The translations under genes were made by a program, and so were the position numbers. Source: Chiloscyllium plagiosum (Eukaryota). Taken from it: a DNA stretch of 39,142 nucleotides. How positions within the stretch are numbered: the stretch's first letter is position 1; every line of letters starts with the position of its first letter. Location: the NCBI RefSeq assembly GCF_004010195.1, contig NC_057758.1, positions 9,646,162 to 9,685,303 on the forward strand, read 5' to 3'. Below the pieces are notes generated by a model, which saw only the letters and a list, made by a program, of their open reading frames with translations, made no database searches and was not told the DNA's origin. Shown piece by piece: positions 11,322 to 20,625 of the stretch.

Positions 11322-14300
11322 TCAATTGGAGGTATCTGCGGTTGTGGGTTTTGCAGGTAACGCAGCAGGAGCCAGTTGATCTCCCCCTTGGGGTGGCGCT
11401 CTCTTGCATTGCGTGGCATGAATCCATTTTGTTCTCATCTCAACCTTGAGAGCAGTTCGGGTCACCAGAAGGACTGGGAATAAATCTTTCCATCTAGGAA
11501 AGAGAGTTATTTTCAAACGATTTAATCATTGCATAGTCCCCTGGCTGGAAAGGTGCATGGGATCAATGGTTGGAACACTGTCCGCTTTGACAGTGCCATG
11601 ATTCTGAATGACAAGTTGAGAAAGGGCCTTAGTATAATCAATCCAAGACTCCTGTGTCGAGAGCAGAGCCACATCAGCGGAGAACACAGGAGACCTAGTT
11701 GTAGTTGGCATGGGTCTGCCCATTTAAATCTCAAAAGAAGTGAGGCCTGTTGTTCGGTTAACCTGATTCTGAATGGAATATAGAGCAAGCGGCAGAGCTT
11801 TAGGCCAGGGCAAACCCATATCCTGTGATATCTTAGTAAGGACCATTTTAAAGGAGCCATTCATCATTTCCACCATACCGAGGATTGTGGCTGATAAGGA
11901 ATGTGATGTCGCTAGGAAACTCCCAGAGCCTTACAAATAGCTTTAATGATTGCTGAAGTGAAATGAGTGCCCCTATCACTGTCAATGCCAGGGGTGCCAA
12001 ATCTAGGAATGACATCCCTCAGTAAAGATTTAACAACTGTCCTAACATCATCATCCTTGTTGATAAACACCTCAACCCATTTGGAGAACATACCAACAGT
12101 CACCAGTAAATAGTGGGATCCCAGCCTTGTTGGCAGATGCACAAAATTTGTCTCAAGTTTCACAAATGGGCCAGCAGGGACAGGAAGATGGTCAAACTTG
12201 GCCAGTGGCTTAGCGTTATTGTTTTGTAGGCAAATATGACAGAGCGACAAGAAAGCACAAGCAGCAGTAGTGAAGCCAGGGGTATATCAAAAACATGTAA
12301 CTTATGGCACATGCTCCACTTACCAACATGACCAACTCCTTGAGCGGCCAGGGCTAAGGCATGTAGATGAGACTTGGGGCAGATGGTGCGGCCATCAGGA
12401 AGCGTAAGAAGACGAAGGGATTCAGATTCAGTGGCACCTAAATCAGCCCAATGAAGGTGCTCAGATTGAGGGGGCTGCCTGCTGAGTATCACGGATGCCC
12501 TCCAAAACGTCCGGAACAATGGGAAACTGGCGTATGTTAGGGGTATGTAAACCCTGCGCATTTCCATTAGTAGCAGCCACCCGAGCGGCCCTATCAGCAA
12601 AGGCGTTGCCACGGGTGACATTATCTCCAGCAGATATGTATGCAGTACATTTTATGACAGCCACAGCAGAAGGGAGGACAATGGCCTCCAAAACATTATT
12701 AATAAGCTGACCATGTTTATCTGAAGAAGTGATGAAACCCCCTATGCTTCTGGAGAGAGCCAAAATCATGCACCACTCCAAAAGTATAGTGGGAATCAGT
12801 ATAAATGTTAACAGACTTTCTAGTAGCTAAAATGCGTGCCCATGTAAGAACAAAACCTCAGCTGCCTGCAGAAGTACCGTTAGGGAGCGCTGCAGATTCA
12901 AGGACATCAGAAGGTGTGCAGACAGCATAGCCTGCCAGTGCAGGAAGGAGGGTAGCGGGATTCAAAGCCGAGTGCGGCGCAGAATAAGATTAGATCAGGA
13001 GAGTAGCCCATTCCTGATGAAGGGCATTTGCCTGAAACGTTGTCTCTTCTGCTCCTCCAGTGCTGTGCTTTTCCAGCACCACACTCTTGACTCAGATCTC
13101 CAGCATCAGCAGTCCTCACTTTGACCTCAAGCCCCTATGCCTGGAAGCAGTCAAATGTTAAGGAGCTGCAGAATTCAGCAGCAGGGAGACCGAATGTCGA
13201 ACAAAAACAGTGCATGGATGATCCAGCATAAGGGGGGTAGACTTCTCAACTAATATCGAGGCAGCTTGCCAACATGCTGGCATTCCCCATACAACAGGTG
13301 GCAACTGAACAGAGTAAAAGGCTACAGAGTGCAGGAGATCCCCATACACTTGTGTCAGAATTCCAGAGGCATAACCCTCCCTCTCAGCAACATAAAGTTG
13401 AAACAGCTGTGAATAATCTGGAAGACCCAAAGCAGGAGAAGAGCTCAGTACAGATTTCAATTGTTCAAAAGCCTGTGTCTTTTCAGGGTCCACTGTAGTT
13501 CTGATGGTTTCTTAGGCGAAGATGCTTATCTCAAAGGCACATCAATCTCACAAAGATCAAGAATCCAGTGTCTGTAGTAATTCACCATCCCCAGAAATGA
13601 CATCAGTTCAATACATGTTGGAGGAGGGGGATTTGTGATGGCCTTTAAGCGATCAGGAGCAAGTGTCCTTGTACTCTGCGATATTGTCAAACCCAAGTAA
13701 TGAACAGTGGGCTGGCAGAGCTGCATCTTATCAATGGAAATCTTGTGGCCATCCTGTGCCAAGCACTGAAGCAGGGCAACAGTATCTTGCATGCAGGCAT
13801 TTGATGTAGTGGAGGCAACGAGTAAATTGTCAGCATATTAAAAAAGGACCCTGTTGCAAGGCATGTGGAGGGTCTCAAGGGTACACTGAACAGCGGAAGC
13901 ATAAACAGTGGGGCTCTCTGTATACCCTTGGGGAAGCCAAGTCCATGTGTATTGATGGCTGCCGAAAGTAAAGGCAAAAAGGTACTGACTATCAAAGGAC
14001 AATTTAACAGAAAAGGACATTCGTGTCGGGGACTACAGGGGAGCAAGGAACAACAACAGCATTGACAGCCCGTAGATCCTGCACAAACCTTTACCTGTCG
14101 GGTTTGCCAGGTTTTGGAACGGGCAAAATAGGGATATTACAGGGGCTTTGTGTAGGAACAAGAATGCCCTGTTCTATAAGGGAAGCAATAACAGGCCTAA
14201 TGCCTTCGGTTGCAGCGGGTGTGAGCAGATACTGACGGACCGAGGGTAGGTGAGTGCCAGCTTTTAAAGTAAGTGTGTGGAGGGGCAGAAACGACTAAAC

Positions 14301-15300
14301 CAGTATGGTTAGGATGGAAGGCCCGTAGCACAGGTGACAAATCATCTAAAAGCTGCGGGCGACTGTAGGAAAGAGGGACCGAGGGGTCCAGCATAGTGGA
14401 GGTAGTGTTAGTGGTAGAAGCAGTTAGGCCCAAGCAGAATCTGTCCGAAGTGAGCGCAGCAGCGTACAAGGATGACAAATTACCAGGAACGAGGGGATCG
14501 AATGAACAGGGAAGTAAACAAAGATGCACATGCATAGAGTAAAATCATCAAGCGGCCAGAGGGTTTTAAGGAGAACGGGAACAAAAGGAGACGCAGCAGA
14601 GTGGAAAACTTGAGATTGCGAAGTGGAAAGTTCCGGAAAACCGACATAACAAAAGCCAGTAAGAGTAATATCAGAAGTCGTATTTAGGTGACAGTCAGCA
14701 AGTGCAGAGTATGACAGATCAGGAGTGCAGAGCTGGGCAGCGGTGCAATGAAGGGACCTGTCAAAAGGATCCAGGGTAGAAAAGAAATCAAGGGGACAAA
14801 GGGGTGATTTGCAGTTGTGTGACGAGGGAATGTAAAATCGAGCAAAGCGGTTCAGTAGCACAGTGCCTGCTGTAAATGACAGCCATCAGTGGGGAAAATG
14901 GTGGGGGGCTCACATGGCAGCACATAGCGTTACATAGTGAGTTTTGGGGATTTCTAAGATCAGACTCTTAGGGGAACAATGAGTAGAGGTGTAAAGTTTC
15001 TAGAGAGTCTCACAGCCCAGCAAGGCAATCAGACAAAAGGGAGAAATAATGTGAGTTGGGAACTGTGACAGGTCCAATGGTAATAGGGATAGTATCAGAA
15101 AGGGGCTCAATCAAAGAAATACCAGAGGCATTGACAGTATGGACAGAATTGGAACTGAGGACTACATCCGCAGAGGGAGATGGAGAAGAATGAGTGGCCC
15201 CTGAATCCACCAAAACCGGAATAGAATGCTCTCCCAGCTCCACCGTCATCATAGGATTTTCATATGGGGATCGGGAGAGTCCTATAGAGGTGGCCTGCAC
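11322..15300 (-). pseudogene. pol: ERV-A pro-pol remnant (PR, 2H-like insert, RT, RNase H, IN)
   Basis: PR VLVDSGATHS; RT PILPVPKP..RFVQDLRAVN, YTWTWLPQGYTESP, YADN; RNase H VNIYTDS; IN FSKWVEVF, IPRFG..IDSDRGTHF, C-terminal WIHATQCKRAP; many stops and frameshifts. Confidence 0.93.
13010..13129 (+). mobile_element. Penelope-like terminal fragment with a degenerate minimal hammerhead, inserted in ERV-A pol
   Basis: attc CTGATGA a gggc attt gcct GAAAC GTT; homologous to 35322-35449. Confidence 0.65.
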
Positions 15301-15329
15301 CATCACCACCTCGCGTGGCAGCCCTAAGC

Positions 15330-17219
15330 ACGAGGGGAACGGGGGGGGAAATAACATAAGGCTGGTATTGGCATTGTGGATCAAAGATGGCATGTGGGAG
15401 CGCAACCTGTTGCGAAGAAGCCACACAGCAGTTTGCTTCCCAGTGCCCAAGTCGACCACAAGCCTAACATTTGATGAATCTTTTCAGGATGGGCTAAACC
15501 TTGTGATTGAGGGGGAACAAAATCTAATCAAGGATAGGCATCTTTGTCACCTTTAGAATTAAACTGACCATGTCTATCCATGTTATTTGGTGTATGAAGA
15601 GTATCCTTCCGCAAGGCAATCTGCCAAGTGAGGTTCTGAGCTCTATTTGTGGGCGGCACGGTGGCACAGTGGTTAGCACTGCTGCCTCACAGCACCAGAG
15701 ACCCGGGTTCAATTCCCGCCTCAAGCAACTCTCTGTGTGGAGTTTGCACGTTCTCCCCGTGTCTGCGTGGGTTTTCTCTGGATGCTCCGGTTTCCTCCCA
15801 CAGTCCAAAAATGTGCAGGTTAGGTGAATTGGCCAAGTTAAATTGCCTGTAGTGTTAGGGAAATGGGTCTGTGTGGGTTGCGCTTCGGCGGGTCGGTGTG
15901 GACTTGTTGGGCCGAAGGGCCTGTTTCCACACTGTAAGTAATCTAAAACCTGGGCATGATGAGGCAGCAGGCAATTAATAAGGGTTTGAACAGCCAGTTT
16001 CTCATTATCCTCTATAGGACTGCTAGCTGAATCTTCCCATGTATCTTTAAACGAGCGAGAAAACCAGAGACCGTCTCAGTGGCTTTCTGTAAGCAGCATG
16101 TAACACCACCAAATCGTTGTGCTGTCTGGTGGTGCTTATGATGGCATCCCTGACGCACCTACCTAACCAAACAGAGCCCTCATCAGCCATGTCCCAGTGT
16201 TGAGGGAAAATTGATAGAGCCTTTAACTGTAAACCAACGGGAGCCATAAGCCAGATGCAGTAAAGTCTGCACATCCTGCAGGAATCTGTCACAAATACCA
16301 CAGATTTGTAAAAGCCGATTATAAAAAGGAACAGGCCGCTTTATCGGATCTGGAGCATCCTGTAACATTCCACGGACTTCCGCATGGGTCCAATGTTTGT
16401 CAAGTGGCGTGCGTCCTATCATTATTCTAGAGAATTGTGGCGCGAGATGACTGTCCAAGCTCTGAGGGGGCGCTTCCCTCAGAGTTAAGATGCAACTGTT
16501 GTTCATTTAAACAGGTACCATAGGGATGGCCAGGGAGTGTAGAATCAGCTGGTGCAGTGATACATTAGAATCCGGCTGGGATGTTGCAGGACCACCCCTC
16601 TTGGGGATGAGACTCGAGTGGTGCAGAACCCACCTGCTCACTGTTGCAAGTGGCAACAAAAGCAGCAATCTCATCCATAAGGAGCTCAGGGTCAGAATGT
16701 GAAACAAAGAGTTTGGAGTACTGAGGGCAGTCAGGCAGGGGTGCAGAGGAAATAGGTACAGGAGAGGGAGGGTGTTCACGGGGGTCCTTAACTCTGGGAG
16801 GCTGGTATCCTTTAGCAACCTCTTTCAATTTCTCAAGCAATGTGAGCATGTACTTAGAATCTCAGGCGGAATCTCCATACCTTCCCTGAATGTTGACTAA
16901 CCAATAATCAAGCTTATCTAATTTAAATGCACCTGCGTAAAGCCAGTTTCCATGGGACCACCCATATAGATCAAGGGTAAAGGGAATAACATAACAACTA
17001 TTACCCATTTCCCTCCAAACGATGTCGGTTGGTGAATCCGGGGGGGGGGGGGTACCAGCAGTTCTCCTATCTCATTCTTGCACTTCACGTATTTACCGTG
17101 GCACTGCTGAGTTCTTTTCAAAGGTTCCAAGTGTTGCGGACCACCCTTCACAGCAGGACATGTAGCTTCATCGCTGGGGGCAGCCTATCGCCGTCAATCT
17201 TAGAAAGTTGCGATCCCAT
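15330..17219 (-). pseudogene. gag: ERV-A gag remnant
   Basis: ATG at 17219 gives MGSQLSK (myristoylation-type start); capsid-like WTHAEVRGMLQDAPDP..PVPFYNRL; zinc knuckle C*ACGRLGHWEANC at about 15428-15470. Confidence 0.8.
15649..15946 (+). mobile_element. HE1-type SINE inserted in ERV-A gag
   Basis: gggcggcacggtggcacagtggttagcac (A box), gggttcaattccc (B box), V-SINE-like core, CR1-like tail. Confidence 0.9.
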
Positions 17220-17220
17220 T

Positions 17221-17763
17221 TGTTGTCCCGTTTCTTCCCCACACCCCCCATCCTCAGTCGAAGCAAAATGCTCAGAGACACAGTATAGTTTTACTTCCTT
17301 CATCTTTATTCCAGGCCCTGGAGGGAGAGAGAACGATTACCCTCGTTCTCACACAGACATGAGTTCTTTGTGTTCTCTGGAATAGCAGTTTCTTAATGAT
17401 TATGTAGTCATTTTGCAGGGAGGAGCATCCAGGTAAGGCAACATATATATTGATTGGGTGACTGTTATAATTAGCGAGCATCAGTAGTAAGGCTTAAGTC
17501 ATCTGCTGTTACACAATGAATAACTGGCTTCACATAATACTTTTCACCTTGTTAAACTGACTTATGTACTGAAGGCTTCCACTATTGTTAAATGGCTCAA
17601 CATAACAAACATTTTTCCACCTTGTTAACCCATTACCATTGCCTCCAGCACCCCATTGTTAACTGCCAGTTCTTATCTGAGTTATGCTCAGCTGAACCTT
17701 TTGTTTCACAAAACTCAGAACTTAACTCTGTCACTACCTGATTTTACCTTATACACATTCTCA
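17221..17763 (-). repeat. 3' LTR of ERV-C
   Basis: TG...CA termini, same boundaries as the TSD-delimited solo LTRs; minus-strand AATAAA at 17305-17310. Confidence 0.88.
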
Positions 17764-17777
17764 TTCCCTCCTTTTAT
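17764..17777 (-). promoter_or_regulatory. Polypurine tract of ERV-C
   Basis: Minus strand ATAAAAGGAGGGAA directly followed by TGAGAATG (LTR start). Confidence 0.8.
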
Positions 17778-18115
17778 CATTTCACGCTAACCGATGGCAT
17801 TACTAGATTTCATAAGACTCTGACAGCCAGTACATAAGCAAGTTATTGATGTACAATATGCAGTGATTATAACAAAAATTGCTAGTCCATTATAGTAATT
17901 AGAATTTGAAGAATCCTCCCATGTGGAAAAAAAAATTCACAAGTTCTTAAATCCACAGTCCTTAGTGACCACTCTATCCCCTCCAAATTGAGTAGAAATA
18001 AGCCAGTTCTCCAAACTCTTCTTCAGTAAAATCCAACCTGAAAACAAAATTCAGTCTGTCCTTGAGCATCACTCCATGGAGAAATCTGAATTCTTTGATA
18101 ATGGCAGTTAAATAC

Positions 18116-18430
18116 TTAACAAAACTAATGAGAAATCCATCCTTCCAGAGATGCTTCAGAAGGAGAATACCAGTGCATCTGAGTGTGCAGTGCTGTAGCT
18201 ACGGCAGCAGAATAGGTGAATGCGGCTCTCTTTGCACCTGCTCTACTGTTAAGTGTAACAAAGCCAACCGGCTGTTGTTTTGTTAGCTTGATCAGTGAAT
18301 CTTCATATCCCTTAAGTGATTGAAAGACAAGGTAAAGCTCACGTGGTTTAATGTCCATAGGAAGGCCACTGACAAAAAGCGTACCAACCTCCTCTTCACT
18401 GCTGTTAGTTTGTTCACTTTTCAGGCTCAT
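18116..18430 (-). pseudogene. RBPMS2: Intronless, internally deleted RBPMS2/Hermes (RRM protein) retrocopy
   Basis: [66 protein letters not shown] fused to [20 protein letters not shown]...GWISH*FC*; matches the RBPMS-family RRM start and the RBPMS2-type C-terminus (W..RQFC). Confidence 0.88.
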
Positions 18431-19789
18431 GACTGGGGAATCCGTTGGATCAGATTGTGGATGGGTGGGTGGTGGTCCAAAGGCATGCTTTATCTGTGAC
18501 TGGAGAAACTCTAGAGATGATGTAAGCTGCTGAAAGTATCTTTGCATTTCTTCTTTCATTCCTTCCTTACCAAGGTGGATATAAGTATAGTCATACATTT
18601 AACTACATTCAGTTGTGTATCCGCCTATTTCAACCTTCTTTGAATTCTTGAAGTCTATTACTCTGTTCACTATTTATGACATTATCAAGTTTTAAACAAT
18701 CCGTAAACTTCTAAATTGTACTGCCTAAGCAATTCACTTAATTATAAACAACAATCAATGGTCTTAAAATCAAATCCTCGAGGGACCCCATTCAGGTTAT
18801 TCAAAAATTATTTTCCTTAACAAATTGATACTTGGCTGATGTGTAAGCTGTCAGGAAAAGTATTTCAAAAGTCTGGAACAGCAAGAGAACAACAAAATGT
18901 TTCCTATGCTTCGGCAATTGAAGAGGCAGTTTCCGTTCAGATTTAAATGTCAAATGTTCGAGGGAAACAAATGCTGAATATTTTAAAATATGTTCTACAA
19001 ATGAAACTTCCCGAATAAAACAGTTGGAATTGCAGTGGCGACTTTGGTAGAGATCAACATTTTTTTGAATTTGCAATATGAAGGAGGCCAATGAAGTCTT
19101 AACAATAACTGACAGAACTGAAACAGCTCAGCCTCAAGTTCTAACATACTCTAGAAAACCTTAATTAACCATAAACTAAAAATGCACTCTTCTTTTTATA
19201 AACACTCTGCACAGCAGCATAAAGATATTTTAATGTAATACACTCATCTGACTAAAGCATGACCACTGACCCAGCTGTGTTTTTTTTAACAGGCATTGTG
19301 AATTTCAAACAAATCAGGGGCTCAAGGCACTCCGTTTGTTTTAAGGTTACAAGTTTGATCATTTAAAGAATGACATAATGTTGAACAATTTCAACGTAAA
19401 AACCAAGTCTGCCCCACTACACAGTCCACAAAACACATTGAATTGAAATCCTCATTCAAACAAGGCAAAGCAGTTACTTAAAAGGATTTTCCGAACCAGT
19501 ATTTTAACATACCAACCTGTTTAAACATCAAGCACTCTCAGCATGGCACAATCTACGTTGAAACTTGCCTTTTTCAACCCAAGTATTAGTACAACATTAA
19601 ATTCAGCGTTTCTCTTTTTCTTGCATCCTCTCACTGAAATTGCACTTATAAAAAGAGAGAGCCCTCGCAGTGGACCACATGGTGTCACAATCCAAGCCTC
19701 TCTCTTCCCCCAGAATAAAGTCTTGCAGAACCTCAAATTTTACAACTAGAGGGCTTTAACCCCTTTCTCACATTACTCCTCACAGGGGC

Positions 19790-20070
19790 TTGACCCCCCA
19801 ATTAAATACAGAACCTGGCTTAAACACAGAGAGCTCAAAGCTCAACACAGTGCAGGGGACTTGAACTTCAAATCAACCACCCAGTAGACTTGAACCCCAG
19901 TACTGAGCAGAGGACTCTAACGTCAACTAAACCCACCCCAGGGGACTTGACCACCAGTACCGTGCAAAGGACTCTAACCTTGACCAAACCCATGCCAGGG
20001 GACTCAACCGCTAGTACTGCACAGAGGACTCGAATCTCAATCACACCCCCTCTCCCCCCAGTGCAGCGCA
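19790..20070 (-). repeat. Degenerate tandem repeats (about 57-bp period) in the ERV-C leader
   Basis: Recurrent caggggacttga..c.agtac.g..c.gaggactc.aa units; related units at 32030-32180 in ERV-B. Confidence 0.7.
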
Positions 20071-20306
20071 GAAGATTCATAAACTCTGTCTGCCAGCATG
20101 CTTGCGAAACTGCGTCTCTCGACTGAGCTAATTACTGTTGGAGGGATTTATAGGATAAAGAGCGATTGAATGAGGGAACCATATCTGACACACAGGAATG
20201 TTGAGAGGGACCAAGGTTTAAAAGCTTACCTTGTGGGTCCGTCTGTCTTGAGACATTAATGTTCCGGATGGCCACTGACACCGTCCAGTCGTAGCTATCC
20301 GTTTGA

Positions 20307-20324
20307 ATCCTGCCGACTACGCCA
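20307..20324 (-). promoter_or_regulatory. Primer binding site, tRNA-Ser
   Basis: Minus strand TGGCGTAGTCGGCAGGAT, complementary to the 3' end of vertebrate tRNA-Ser (...ATCCTGCCGACTACGCCA), 4 nt from the LTR end. Confidence 0.88.
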
Positions 20325-20328
20325 ATAT

Positions 20329-20545
20329 TGTCATCCCGCTTCCCCCCACACCTCAGTCAAAGCAAAATGCTCAGAGACACAATATAGTTTTACCTCCTTC
20401 ATCTTTAATCCAGACCCTGGAGGGAAAGAGAACCATCCCCATGTGCACAAAGACATGAGTACACTGTCTTCTCTGCAAAGCAGTTTCTTAATAAGTTATA
20501 TAGTCATTTTACAGGGAGGAGCATCCAGGTAAGGCAACATAGTTA
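20329..20545 (-). repeat. Truncated 5' LTR of ERV-C
   Basis: Homologous to 17221-17445 and shares the variant gcatccaggtaagg with it; truncated by Penelope/CR1 sequence. Confidence 0.85.
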
Positions 20546-20625
20546 CATGATGAAGGAACAGCGCTCAAAAAGTTAGTAATTCCAAATAAAACTGTTGGCC
20601 TATAACCTGGTGTTGTGTGATTTTT
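20546..20625 (+). mobile_element. Degenerate Penelope-like terminal fragment
   Basis: Matches the reverse complement of 25137-25220. Confidence 0.65.

Larger units (their letters stand above)
6990..17219 (-). mobile_element. ERV-A: decayed class I (epsilon/gamma-like) provirus lacking its own 5' LTR and PBS
   Basis: Colinear gag-pro-pol-env remnants followed by PPT and LTR; interrupted by a CR1 (7609-10006), a Penelope fragment (13010-13129) and an HE1 SINE (15649-15946). Confidence 0.9.
17221..20545 (-). mobile_element. ERV-C: non-autonomous LTR element carrying an RBPMS2-like retrocopy
   Basis: 5' LTR remnant 20329-20545, PBS 20307-20324, leader homologous to ERV-B, no recognisable gag/pol/env, PPT 17764-17777, full 3' LTR 17221-17763. 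Confidence 0.82.

Noticed and set aside
15649..15725. tRNA gene (also near 5770-5836 and 22620-22690)
   Set aside because: tRNA-derived heads of HE1 SINEs
17221..17763. LTR read as the 5' LTR of ERV-A or as a solo LTR
   Set aside because: No PBS or leader next to gag, no convincing TSD, a PPT on its other side, and no similarity to the ERV-A 3' LTR
18116..18430. Functional host RBPMS2 gene
   Set aside because: No introns, an internal deletion, substitutions at conserved RRM sites, a premature stop, and location inside an LTR element
20301..20324. tRNA-Ser gene
   Set aside because: Only the 3' end including CCA is present, beside an LTR, so it is a PBS
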